This document shows positions 48,854 to 58,977 of a stretch of DNA of 64,000 nucleotides, in pieces. Under the pieces are notes generated by a model, which was not told the DNA's origin, ran no database searches, and saw only the letters and a list, made by a program, of their open reading frames with translations. Source of the stretch: an uncultured virus (IMG/VR IMGVR_UViG_3300014160_000002) (lineage: Duplodnaviria; Heunggongvirae; Uroviricota; Caudoviricetes); the IMG/VR virus record IMGVR_UViG_3300014160_000002, positions 1-64,000 of that record, one strand, 5' to 3'. Within the stretch, counting starts at the first letter, position 1; each line of letters starts with the position of its first letter. A program made the position numbers and the translations under genes.

Positions 48854-51800
48854 TACCGCCCAGCTTAGGAAACCCGCTCACGTTCATCGCCCCGGTCATC
48901 ATGACCGGCAGCCCGCCCGTGCAGATTACTGCCATGTCGGTGGATAGCAGCATTCTGTCCTTTGTCGTCCAAGGGGAGATATCTTACATCCGCCTTGAGG
49001 TGTCCCTCTCCAACGAAGCACTGGTGGTATCAACCGCCTCCATTTCTGGGGGCATCGCTAACTTTTCGGGAAACGCTACCATCAATCTTGCGGGTGGGGA
49101 TGTTCCCATTCAGTTTATAGCCCGCAACTACGACCCCAGTCAAATAGGTTGGCAGGCAACCACCACCCGTGCCGTGGGGTATGTTTTTGTTGACGACAAC
49201 GGACAAGTTCAAAAAGCCATAGCTTCCACCGGTTCCACGGGTAGCAACGAACCAACTGTATTCACGACTGCGGGCGCAAACGATGATTTGTCTGCTATCG
49301 TAACGGGCATCGCCATTGCTAATAATCTCCTCACGGTTACTTCAAACCATAACTTCTCCGTGGGGATGACGGTATCTTTCAACAACCTCCAGCAGGCAAC
49401 ATTCCTTAACGGCATATCCGTAATTGTAGCCTCGGTGACTCCCACCAGCTTTACCGCCATTTATGCTTATACGGGAAGCTATACCCAGTCCTCGCCGGAA
49501 TCCGGTACCTCCGGGGTGGTCACACCTGATGGCAACGTGACGTGGCTCAATGTGGGGCCGTACACCATCTCCCCCACTGTCCAGTTTACCATCATTCCAT
49601 TTCAGAGCGGGCTGGCCCCGGTCATCGGTCCTCCCTCGGGAGTAACCGCCTACAAATCGCAAGCAAGCTGTCGCATAGAGTTTCTCCAGCCGCCCTATGC
49701 AGGGGCTATCGGCACCAAGGTGATGCTCTCCACAGACCCCGCTGGTGTTAATCCACCGTTCGTGCAGTATGGAGATGTCATCCCCCTGACTCAAATCAGC
49801 CGGGTAGCCACTCAGGTCACCACCACCAATCAGACCACCAACTATAACCCCGAGTCGGGTCAAGAGATAATCACTACCACCAACTCTGTCACCACCTACA
49901 CCTACAACTACGTGGATATTCCTCCTGCTGATGTCAATAACGTCACGCAGTTTTACGCCATGCTTTCCACAGTGGTGCAGGATACCACAGACAATGTGGT
50001 CTTTGAAAGTCAGCAGAGCGGCCCCGTGACTTGCGGATTCGTTAACCTGTCTCTCGCCAGCCCCACGGATTTCCTCGCTCTCCAGCGCCAACAGGACATC
50101 GCTTCCCGGCTTATCACCCAAATGATTAAGCTGTACCCCAGCCTTGACCTTACTCCTCGGTCGGAGATGCGGGACCTGCTCATCGACCCAGTTTCCATCG
50201 AACTCAGCAATATGAGCGTCCGGGAGTGGTTCTCTCGGTGCTCGCAATCCATCTCGGCAATAAGCCAGATAGATAATGCCAGTGGAAGTGGAGTCAGTGA
50301 CCCCTTTGACTCTTCGCCCACCAAGCAACAGATTGCCCGTGCTTATGGGTTGACTGCGGATGATACCCAGACTTTCATTGACCAGCAATTCGACCACTTG
50401 GCCCAGTCAGTGGGATTGACTCGGGGTGGGGCTACAAGCTCCGTAGTAACATTGACGTTTTACACCTATACTCAACCCACGACTACCAGCACTTTCCCCA
50501 CGGGGATAATCTGCGCCACAACGGGAGATGCCTCCACACCCTCCATCACTTTCCAGACCACGGGTTCAGCATCTATAACCCCGTCTAGTGCGGCGTCCTT
50601 CTACAACCCGGTTTACGGATGGTGGGCGGTCAATGTTCCGGCCTCCTGCCAGACCACCGGCTCCAGCACCAACGTAGGGGCGGGCACCATCAATTCCATA
50701 AGCTCCAATGCCCCGGCAGGGTGGTCAGTCACTAACCTTGCGGCGGCGGTGTTCGGAGTCGATGACGAAATCAACTCCCACTTTGCTGCTCGCATTGTCA
50801 ACCGGCAGTTCACCGGAGTGGACTCAGGAACTCGCAATGGGTATTACACCACGGCGGCAAGCACGCCGGGCATCGTGGCGGTAGAAGTAGTAGCAGCCGG
50901 GGACCTTGAGATGGTTCGTGATTGGGATAACATCCGGCAGAAGCATGTGTATGGATGCGTGGATGTTTATTGCCAAGGTACCTCTTCCTCCGAGGAGGAC
51001 GACATTGTAGCGTTCGACTACGAGAACACTGGTGCTCCGGGAGTATACAGCACCTATCTCCCTCTCACACTTGTGTCGGCTACGAACAACCTGCTTAAGT
51101 TCCAAGTTGTTAACTCCAATTTCCAAGCCCTCAACTGGCCTTTGTACCAAGGGGTGGAGCTTATCGTTCAGGGGCTTTCCAACTCCTTCTTCCTTGATAT
51201 CAGTGAAGCACAGTTCGACACCAACGGCGGTCACATCATCCTCAATCCCAGCGCCAATGCTTACTATATCTCCGGGAGTGGAGCAACACAGGTCAGAATT
51301 CCCTACCCCACGCTCGCCGCTCCAATAAGCAACCTCGCCGCCGTGCAGGGTGTGGGATTCAACGGTACCTATCTGTTGAACGCCCGGCTCCAATCCCCGC
51401 TAACAGACACCCCCACTAATCAGCCTGTGACCAACGTTAACTCAGTCATCGGGCAGACGGACTTTACCGGTACCATTCCCGAGGCGCTTCTTGACCTCGT
51501 ACACACCTCTGACTTCCTGCTTAACGGTGGGTCTAATCAGGCGGGGGACATGGTTCAAGTGGTGTCCACTGCCACTACGCCGGTCACTGTGACCCTGACT
51601 GCCAGCACAACTACACCCGTAACCATCGGTACCGCCATGGACATCACCGTTGACCCCAGTGGTGTTTTGGGGGATGTCCTCTCAGTCCGTTCTTCGGACC
51701 TGTCTACCCTGTATGTCAACGGGTCTGATTACACCTTGGTGCCAGAGCCGTCTCCTTACGGCACCCCCGCAGGGCCTTATGTCGGCTGCTACGCTACCTA

Positions 51801-53316
51801 CGGCCTTAAAACACTCACCGTGTCCAAGACCATTACAGGTATCTCCATCTCCAACAACATCCTCACCGTAAACTGCATCAACAGCTTTGGAGCAGGAGCG
51901 CCTCTCACACTCGCCGGGCTTACATCCGCTTCTTTCCTCAACGGTCAGAATGTGACCGTGGCGAGTTCCAACGGAACACAGTTCACCACTGTTTACAACC
52001 ACAACGATTATGCCTTTGCTTCCGATACAGGAACGGCTACAGGAAGCTCCATCCAGAACAACCAGCAAGTCGTGGTGGGTTTCAATCAGTTTATCCTGCA
52101 CGAGAACCTCAGCTTCGCTTCCATGGAGCCTCAGACCCTTAATGGCAGCGTTGCAAACTCCCTTGATAACAACGGGTTTGTGTATAATACGTGGCTTCCC
52201 GAGAGTTATGGCCGGTTTGATTTGACGTTGAATGGGGCAGCATACAATACGGATGGGACCATCAACCTCACCAACTCCACCGGACTGGTGGGAGCGGGAG
52301 TTCCTCATGACAGCCGCTATATCGAAGTCCTCTATCAGACCAGCGTCAGCCTGCCCGCCTACGAGGTCATGATTGAGAACGTGGACTTTGTTCTTAACGT
52401 GGACACGACATCCGGCGCAGTGACCATTGCCCGCAATCTCGGCACCAATGCGACCAGCCGTATCCCAGACGGTGGGCAGGTGTTGGTGTCTTACTTCTAC
52501 ACCGAAGCATTCACCACGGCGACCGAGTATCCTTCGTTCGTTCCCATCTTGGTTAACCAGATAAACATCACCAAGGCAGCGGGTGCGAGCGTCCTTGTCA
52601 AGGCCATGGTTGCCAATCCTATCGACATCACTTTGACGGTGACTCTCAATAGTGGCATCTCGCCGGATACGGTAGACTCCGCTGTGCGCACCGCCATTGA
52701 CCAAGCGTTGGACAGCGCTACGGGAACTCTGTATCAGTCCAGCATCGTTTCATTGGTGCAGGCGATAAGTGGCGTCAAGTCGGTGGGAATCCCCCTCATC
52801 AAGTGCGCCAAGTCAGATGGTTCTTACGATATCGGCTTTGTCATTCCCACGGGCACGCTGTGGACTCCTCTGACGAATGACCCGGCCTTTAGCGGACAAG
52901 CGGTGCCCGCCCACAGCTTCATCACCACCGTTCCCATTCTACCGGATAGCACGGTGCCCAGTGGCGGACCCGCCGAAGCATTTGTGGGATTGCTCTACGA
53001 GGGTCAGGCTTACGCCCGTACCTCTTCAATAAGCAACTTCCTGTCTACCGCTGCCACGCCCTTGGTTTCGTCACAGAACGGTTCTTTCTACATCATCGGT
53101 ACCAACGACCCCGGCCTTGCTGTGCAATACCAAAGTGCCTATGCTCAAAAGGTCATCATCACCATCCCTGCGGATACCACTTCCCCTTCTTTGAAGTCTT
53201 ACTTTGTCACCTTCCAAGTCTTTGGGGAAAGCTCGGCTAAGGATGTAAATCTATCCAGCACTGAGTATTTCACAGCAGGGCGTGTGACCATCAACTATGT
53301 CACGACGGGGAGCTAA
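48850..53316 (+). CDS. Baseplate J-like (gp6) wedge protein
   Basis: RDLLIDP, DHLAQSVGLTR, GSSTNVGAGTI, FGVDDEINSHFAAR, GCVDVY. Confidence 0.8.
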   Translation: MIPPSLGNPLTFIAPVIMTGSPPVQITAMSVDSSILSFVVQGEISYIRLEVSLSNEALVVSTASISGGIANFSGNATINLAGGDVPIQFIARNYDPSQIGWQATTTRAVGYVFVDDNGQVQKAIASTGSTGSNEPTVFTTAGANDDLSAIVTGIAIANNLLTVTSNHNFSVGMTVSFNNLQQATFLNGISVIVASVTPTSFTAIYAYTGSYTQSSPESGTSGVVTPDGNVTWLNVGPYTISPTVQFTIIPFQSGLAPVIGPPSGVTAYKSQASCRIEFLQPPYAGAIGTKVMLSTDPAGVNPPFVQYGDVIPLTQISRVATQVTTTNQTTNYNPESGQEIITTTNSVTTYTYNYVDIPPADVNNVTQFYAMLSTVVQDTTDNVVFESQQSGPVTCGFVNLSLASPTDFLALQRQQDIASRLITQMIKLYPSLDLTPRSEMRDLLIDPVSIELSNMSVREWFSRCSQSISAISQIDNASGSGVSDPFDSSPTKQQIARAYGLTADDTQTFIDQQFDHLAQSVGLTRGGATSSVVTLTFYTYTQPTTTSTFPTGIICATTGDASTPSITFQTTGSASITPSSAASFYNPVYGWWAVNVPASCQTTGSSTNVGAGTINSISSNAPAGWSVTNLAAAVFGVDDEINSHFAARIVNRQFTGVDSGTRNGYYTTAASTPGIVAVEVVAAGDLEMVRDWDNIRQKHVYGCVDVYCQGTSSSEEDDIVAFDYENTGAPGVYSTYLPLTLVSATNNLLKFQVVNSNFQALNWPLYQGVELIVQGLSNSFFLDISEAQFDTNGGHIILNPSANAYYISGSGATQVRIPYPTLAAPISNLAAVQGVGFNGTYLLNARLQSPLTDTPTNQPVTNVNSVIGQTDFTGTIPEALLDLVHTSDFLLNGGSNQAGDMVQVVSTATTPVTVTLTASTTTPVTIGTAMDITVDPSGVLGDVLSVRSSDLSTLYVNGSDYTLVPEPSPYGTPAGPYVGCYATYGLKTLTVSKTITGISISNNILTVNCINSFGAGAPLTLAGLTSASFLNGQNVTVASSNGTQFTTVYNHNDYAFASDTGTATGSSIQNNQQVVVGFNQFILHENLSFASMEPQTLNGSVANSLDNNGFVYNTWLPESYGRFDLTLNGAAYNTDGTINLTNSTGLVGAGVPHDSRYIEVLYQTSVSLPAYEVMIENVDFVLNVDTTSGAVTIARNLGTNATSRIPDGGQVLVSYFYTEAFTTATEYPSFVPILVNQINITKAAGASVLVKAMVANPIDITLTVTLNSGISPDTVDSAVRTAIDQALDSATGTLYQSSIVSLVQAISGVKSVGIPLIKCAKSDGSYDIGFVIPTGTLWTPLTNDPAFSGQAVPAHSFITTVPILPDSTVPSGGPAEAFVGLLYEGQAYARTSSISNFLSTAATPLVSSQNGSFYIIGTNDPGLAVQYQSAYAQKVIITIPADTTSPSLKSYFVTFQVFGESSAKDVNLSSTEYFTAGRVTINYVTTGS

Positions 53317-54797
53317 TGGCGACCAATAACAATCCCGACCTTCTCTACCTGCTACCGAGGGAATCACTCCTCCTGTTCGAGGATGCCCGTCTGCTCGGCC
53401 TGTTGCAGGCTACCGCCAATTACTATCTTCCGAGGAATGACCAGCCGCAGTGGGGATATCTCCTTCGAGTGATAGCGCAGGAGCTTGCCAAGCTCGAATA
53501 CGATTATCAGTATGACATTCAGGGGATTCAACCACAGTACCTCACTCCTCCCGATATCAAGCGCCGGGATGCCGCCTCCCTTCAAATCAAGAGTGCCTAC
53601 CCCTACCCGAATCAGTTTGACAAGGGAGATTTCACCGGATTCGGGGCGTTAGACAACCCCGTGGGCTACCGGGATATGCTCGTTGACCTCATCAATGCTT
53701 ACGGCATGGGGGCGACCGCCGCAGCTATCGCCGCCGTCATTTACGCCTACACGGGCAAGACCGTGCAAGTGGTGGAGCTTTACAAGCTCATCGGGCAGGG
53801 GGTTTATGACCAGTCCGACCGTAACGCCATTCAGGTATCGGTGAACGTGGGGGGAAACAATCCTCTGAACAATGTTCTCAGCCTCACCCAGTTGCAGGAG
53901 ATTGTACAGAATCTATATGGGGCTATCGACCTAGCCAAGCCCGCTCATGCGGGTTTGGAGTTCACCACAGTATTCACCGAAGCGGAGAACGTCAGTCTCA
54001 ACATCAATGATATCCTGCGCATTATCATCCTCCAAGTGGAAAATCCTCCGCTCAGCCCCATGCTGTGGGTAGCACCCCTGTTCGACCCCAAGCACCCCAA
54101 GACCACCTTGGCGGCATACGGCAGACATCTGACCCCAACACTTTCCCAAGCGGATTGGGAGGCACTCTACTATGTCCCCACTTCCCCGCCAACCCTACTC
54201 CCGGCTGAGTGGAACAGTGGAATGACCTATGCTCGGGGGGCCTTGGTGCAGTACTCCACCTCCAGTCCTCCCGTTCCCAGCTACCAGATGTATCGGGCAC
54301 TTAAGCGCAACACCAATCAACCGCCGACCATTGGTGCGAGTAATGCTTATTGGAAGCTGTTGCCTTCGCCTGCGGTGTGGCAGGCATACTACAGAAACAC
54401 CTTTGGCATGTACACGGTGGGTATCGCCCCATGGACAGCACTGACCACCTATTACACCGGTCAGTTCATCATCGACCCAAACGGTAATCTCCAGATTGCT
54501 ATAGTAGGGGGAGTTAGTGGAATGACCGCCCCGGCCTTCTCTACCACGCAAGGGGGAACGGTAACTGATGGTACGACCAGCCCGCCGACCGCCGTGACGT
54601 GGGAGTGCCTCGGGACCAACTATCTTGTGGATCCCAGTCAGTGGATTCAAATCGGTTGGGTTGCTGGCGGCGTATTCACCCCCACGGGAGAGGTTGCCAA
54701 TTGGAATGTCAATAACCCCATGGGCCTGCTTGCCCCGAGGGAGAACACGGTGTGGGAGGTGAAGAGCGATACGCTCAACATCTTCAACGAGGATTAG
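53316..54797 (+). CDS. Baseplate wedge / tail protein (gpI/gp7-like)
   Basis: YRDMLVDL...GAT, IDLAKPAH; follows the J-like gene. Confidence 0.6.
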   Translation: MATNNNPDLLYLLPRESLLLFEDARLLGLLQATANYYLPRNDQPQWGYLLRVIAQELAKLEYDYQYDIQGIQPQYLTPPDIKRRDAASLQIKSAYPYPNQFDKGDFTGFGALDNPVGYRDMLVDLINAYGMGATAAAIAAVIYAYTGKTVQVVELYKLIGQGVYDQSDRNAIQVSVNVGGNNPLNNVLSLTQLQEIVQNLYGAIDLAKPAHAGLEFTTVFTEAENVSLNINDILRIIILQVENPPLSPMLWVAPLFDPKHPKTTLAAYGRHLTPTLSQADWEALYYVPTSPPTLLPAEWNSGMTYARGALVQYSTSSPPVPSYQMYRALKRNTNQPPTIGASNAYWKLLPSPAVWQAYYRNTFGMYTVGIAPWTALTTYYTGQFIIDPNGNLQIAIVGGVSGMTAPAFSTTQGGTVTDGTTSPPTAVTWECLGTNYLVDPSQWIQIGWVAGGVFTPTGEVANWNVNNPMGLLAPRENTVWEVKSDTLNIFNED

Positions 54798-54835
54798 TAA
54801 AACAACTTTCTACCCCTTAATCAGGGAGGAAGTTT

Positions 54836-55768
54836 ATGTTCATTTATCTTATCGTTAATCACGAGACCGGCAAATACTATGTCGGTCAGCACAAAGGAAG
54901 CAATCTTAAGAAGTATCTTCAACAGAAGTTTCACCATGCTCAGAGGGGAATTTCCGAACGGTCCCATCTTTACAATTCAATGCGAGCGCACCCAGACCCC
55001 AAGGTCTGGTCTATTCATGCTCTCCGGTCGGATATCCAGACCCGAGAAGAACTTGATGAGACCGAGCGGGACTTCATCAAATTTCTTAGGGCAACTGACC
55101 CTGAATATGGCTACAACATCTGCCGGGGAGGGGAAGGGTTTACCGGACCGCATTCTGCCGAAACCCGTAGGAAAATATCCAAAGCTGGCAGAAAATGGGC
55201 ATTGGACCCGGCTAATGAAGAAGCTAAAAAGCTTCGTATAATGCGGTTACATGAAGCAAGAAAGAAGCATAAACGCCCCTCTGAGAATAAAGTTTGCCCG
55301 GTATGTCATACTCCATTCTCTGTTCCATTTGGTTGGAAAAATAGGATATATTGCTCACGATTTTGTTCTCTTCAACGATTAAGAACCACTGAATTTGAAC
55401 AAGAACGATTGAACAGTCTTCGACAATCCCTTAAACTACCCAAGTCTCGTATTAATATGTCTACGGCTCAAGCTGTTAGACGAAAAGCGGAAAGAGAACG
55501 GGGAGTGAAACCCACCCCGCATATTTGGACTCAACAGGAACGAATCATACAAGCAGAACGAATGCGGTCCGTTGGTCATAAAAATAAAGGACGTACTTTA
55601 TCGGACTTTCATAAACATACTATTTCTAATGCATTAAAAGGGTTAATGCGTGATGAAAAACGGAAAAACTCTCTCGATAAAGGCAGACACACTCGTTGGC
55701 ATTCCTCACGAGGAGTTGTTAGTAAAGACTGCCGATTTTGTTTGGAGGGACTTTCCAAGCCTAATTAG
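54836..55768 (+). CDS. GIY-YIG homing endonuclease with NUMOD3-like DNA-binding segments
   Basis: MFIYLIVNHETGKYYVGQ, GYNICRGGEG, HSAETRRKIS; AT-richer than its flanks. Confidence 0.9.
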   Translation: MFIYLIVNHETGKYYVGQHKGSNLKKYLQQKFHHAQRGISERSHLYNSMRAHPDPKVWSIHALRSDIQTREELDETERDFIKFLRATDPEYGYNICRGGEGFTGPHSAETRRKISKAGRKWALDPANEEAKKLRIMRLHEARKKHKRPSENKVCPVCHTPFSVPFGWKNRIYCSRFCSLQRLRTTEFEQERLNSLRQSLKLPKSRINMSTAQAVRRKAERERGVKPTPHIWTQQERIIQAERMRSVGHKNKGRTLSDFHKHTISNALKGLMRDEKRKNSLDKGRHTRWHSSRGVVSKDCRFCLEGLSKPN

Positions 55769-58300
55769 ATGAGTGTAAAGACCAAGACAGCCTACATTTC
55801 GCCGACGTTTGCTACGCTGGAGATTTCAGCGATGCACACAGGTTTGTCTCCCACCGCTTCCATTGTCCTCGATTTAGGAATCCCCAAGTTCACCACGTTC
55901 TCCATCAAGTTCCCCATCCCCGAGGAGACCCAAGCTTTTCAACAGGTCGCCAGTGAGGCACTGGGGGTTATGTTGGATGAGATGACCGCCTTCATGATAT
56001 CGGTGGGCTACAAGAAAGAAGTCATCGCCAAGATTTATGCCCTCACGCTAGCCTGCTACAAGGATTTGGTCGCCAATGACCACCCGGAGAATCGGGAGAA
56101 GGACCCCAGTATTGGCTCCGTGCGGGGAGAGTTTCAAATCCCTGCGGACTTCATCAATGAGACCCAGCGGTATGTGGTGACAGCGGGTAAGAAGGTAGAC
56201 CGCAGCCCCCGGCAGCGCCGGGTGGAGATTGTCCCCAAGCGTCCGGTCAACCCCTCCAAGAACGATGTTCTCAAGGCTATCCGGCGCTATCGCTTCCAAA
56301 GCATTAAGAGTCAGCCGTTCCCCTTATACCTCGTGGTCTATGACAACATGGGACAACCCAAGGGTACGCTGACACTGGGGCCGGGCTTCCACAATGAGCT
56401 TTTGAAGATGCAGTACAAAAAGAAAGGGGCTGACCAAGACCCCAACCAAGCCTACAAAGACGCTGTAAGGGCCGGTGGAGGCGTTTGGAAGGGCATCGGA
56501 GAGAACGGTCTTGGCGGGTGGATGGTTTATTTCGATAACGCTGCTACCCGGTCAACCCTCACTTTGGATACCACGGAAGTGACGCCCGAGGCGGTCGCAG
56601 CCAAAATTAAGTTGAATCAGGATGCCACGGATGAACGAAGGAAGAAAATGGCCGGTCAGTGGGGACCTCGTTCCTATGATGGTGATTCTATTCACGATAT
56701 ATTAGACAGGCATCGGCCCGGATATGACGACGTGGGAGACCGGGAGCATTTGGGTTTTGATGAACCCATCCCCGAGGAGCAGTTGCCGTCCCTGTACAAA
56801 GAGATTGAGGCACTGGACCTCAGCCAGCCGGACATGATGCAGAACTACGTGGGCGTGGTAGTGTTTCTCATAGAGCATGGCACGCTGGTCCCCGATACTC
56901 TTCGCCACAAAGCGGCAGAGCTTGCCACGGCACTTCTCACCGGCACCAAAGGCGGCGGGCCGGGCGGAGCCGACGAGCGGGGGTGGAAGCTTTGGAAAGA
57001 CCCAGAGGAGCGCAAGCAGCGGCTTCGGGAGGAGATTGCCCTCTTGAGCAAGGGTTCTCTCGCCAAGGAAGCACGTTTCCTCCGCATTGATGAGATGCAG
57101 GCTTGGGGGACGGGCAAACAGGATGAGTATTATGCTCAACACCCGGAGCTTGGCAGTCCGGGAAAGAAGCTGAATCTCATGGTCACCGAGCCGGACGGAA
57201 CCTCCACTCCGTTAGCTAAAGCGGTGAAGGCGGACTACGGCCCTGACGCCCGGCGCTGTCCTGAGTGTGGCTCCTCCAATGTTCATACGGTCCCGCACGT
57301 GCGAGGCGATGTGACGCATTGTGACGATTGCCAGCACGAGGCCCACACCTCGTGGTTTAAGGGAGCGGCGGTTCACCCGGAGTATGGGGATAACACCGCT
57401 GCCGTAGAAGCCAACCGGCCTTTAGTCGCCAAGACAAACCTCGAACTTGCGGCGAAGGAGGGTATTGAAACTAAGGGGGAAAGCCTTGTTCTTTACCATG
57501 GCACCCGGAGCGCAATCAAGATACGGAATTCCGGGGTATTTCCCATCGGCACGTACTTTGCCACGACGGAAAAGGAAGCATGGCAGTGGGCTTTGTCGGC
57601 TTCCCCGCAGAAGAACCGGGCGGTAGTGCTGAAAGTCTTGGTGCCAGCGGGCACGGTGTTCCCCAGTGGAGGTGGTGTGAGGTATTTCAGCACTAACGAG
57701 CAGATTCCCTACCGTCCCATAGGGGAGCCTAAGACCGCCGACTATTACGACGAGCAGGGTTTCTGGGCCGGTGAGGGCGGCGGAGCCTCGGGGATTCTCC
57801 CGGTCTGCACTACAACGGGTCGTATTTGCTTTGCATGGCGGTCTCCCGAGGTCCAACAGGGTTCCTGCTGGGGAACTATCGGCGGAGCCATCCAGAGGGG
57901 TATGCAGCCCGGTGAGAGCGCCAAAGAGGAACTCTGGGAGGAGACGGGGTACAGCGGAGGCATGACCCTCCATCCCGCCTACGTGTTCCAAAGTGGGACA
58001 TTTCGTTACTTTAACTTCATCGGTGAGACGGCACAGGAATTCGACTTCCAGCCTCAAAGTGATGCCGTATGGGAGACCGAAGGATTAGAGTGGTTTACAC
58101 TCCCGCAGGTCCGGGAGTACATGGCAAAAAGTCCCCATGAGTTTCACAGTGGGGTAATAGCCCTGTTCAAGAATTCGGGGAAGCTTATCGAGCAGATTTG
58201 TGCGAAGGCAGCCCCCAAGAAGGGAAAAGGCGATGGAAAACCAAGCAAGGTTAGAGAGTCCAGCACTGGTAAAGCTCCGGGAGCAGGCGGCACAGCTTAA
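55769..58300 (+). CDS. Multi-domain protein: DUF4259-like, Zn ribbon, ADP-ribosyltransferase-like and C-terminal Nudix hydrolase
   Basis: GQWGPRSYDGD; CPECG...CDDC; LYHGT...GTYFAT...VVLKV; Nudix box GGAIQRGMQPGESAKEELWEETG. Confidence 0.7.
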   Translation: MSVKTKTAYISPTFATLEISAMHTGLSPTASIVLDLGIPKFTTFSIKFPIPEETQAFQQVASEALGVMLDEMTAFMISVGYKKEVIAKIYALTLACYKDLVANDHPENREKDPSIGSVRGEFQIPADFINETQRYVVTAGKKVDRSPRQRRVEIVPKRPVNPSKNDVLKAIRRYRFQSIKSQPFPLYLVVYDNMGQPKGTLTLGPGFHNELLKMQYKKKGADQDPNQAYKDAVRAGGGVWKGIGENGLGGWMVYFDNAATRSTLTLDTTEVTPEAVAAKIKLNQDATDERRKKMAGQWGPRSYDGDSIHDILDRHRPGYDDVGDREHLGFDEPIPEEQLPSLYKEIEALDLSQPDMMQNYVGVVVFLIEHGTLVPDTLRHKAAELATALLTGTKGGGPGGADERGWKLWKDPEERKQRLREEIALLSKGSLAKEARFLRIDEMQAWGTGKQDEYYAQHPELGSPGKKLNLMVTEPDGTSTPLAKAVKADYGPDARRCPECGSSNVHTVPHVRGDVTHCDDCQHEAHTSWFKGAAVHPEYGDNTAAVEANRPLVAKTNLELAAKEGIETKGESLVLYHGTRSAIKIRNSGVFPIGTYFATTEKEAWQWALSASPQKNRAVVLKVLVPAGTVFPSGGGVRYFSTNEQIPYRPIGEPKTADYYDEQGFWAGEGGGASGILPVCTTTGRICFAWRSPEVQQGSCWGTIGGAIQRGMQPGESAKEELWEETGYSGGMTLHPAYVFQSGTFRYFNFIGETAQEFDFQPQSDAVWETEGLEWFTLPQVREYMAKSPHEFHSGVIALFKNSGKLIEQICAKAAPKKGKGDGKPSKVRESSTGKAPGAGGTA

Positions 58301-58970
58301 TGCCGCTGCACGGGGAAAGTGGGGGGAGAAAGTTCCTCCTCCGATAAAGAAGGGGAACATCACCGTCTACCGCCCGGACACCGGAGAGGTCCTTTACTCC
58401 GAGCGCAATATCATCACGTCCATATCCAGTTGGCTCTTTGCCCAGTTCATGGCGTGTGCCTCCCCCTTGAACCTCTCCCCACCACAGACTCAACCGGTCA
58501 GCATCGCTGCTACAGAACCGGCGTGGGGCGTCTGGGGGTTGGCTCTGGGCGCTGGCAGCCCCACGTGGGCACCAACTACTCAACCCGTGGAAACGGCCAC
58601 TCAGGTAGAACTCATTCAACCGCTCGCCCGTGTGCAGTTGAGCCGGGTGAACTTCGTCACTCAGGACAGCAGCGGTAACTGGAACCCGCAGGCGGTGTTG
58701 ACCACCAACGTGGAGTTTCAGACCACGGTGAACAGCACGACCAACAACATCAATCAAGGCATCCGGGAAATGGGCCTCATTGGCGGCGGTATCGCCAACA
58801 TGGGCAGCTATACCATGTTGACTGCTCCATACTTCAACGGCAACCCGTCTTCCTATGCCACGGTGCAGGCCAGTCAGCAAACGGTCATTCTTTTGAATTA
58901 CAAGACTTTGCCGCCACTGCTTCTGCCGCCCGGCATCGACATCATTTTCAGTTGGATATTCCAATTCTAG
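58233..58970 (+). CDS. Tail/baseplate structural protein
   Basis: NIIT, LALGAG, IREMGLIGG, IIFSWIFQF pattern seen in tail-collar-like proteins. Confidence 0.6.
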   Translation: MENQARLESPALVKLREQAAQLNAAARGKWGEKVPPPIKKGNITVYRPDTGEVLYSERNIITSISSWLFAQFMACASPLNLSPPQTQPVSIAATEPAWGVWGLALGAGSPTWAPTTQPVETATQVELIQPLARVQLSRVNFVTQDSSGNWNPQAVLTTNVEFQTTVNSTTNNINQGIREMGLIGGGIANMGSYTMLTAPYFNGNPSSYATVQASQQTVILLNYKTLPPLLLPPGIDIIFSWIFQF

Positions 58971-58977
58971 GAGATTC

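Noticed and set aside
20155..54650. Long antisense ORFs opposite structural genes (for example 27409..28473, 49342..50397, 51682..52704)
   Set aside because: Expected shadows of codon-biased plus-strand genes; no SD or recognisable motifs.
54798..55768. Group I intron or intein around the GIY-YIG gene
   Set aside because: Flanking genes have their own stop and start codons and there is no room for an intron core; it appears free-standing.
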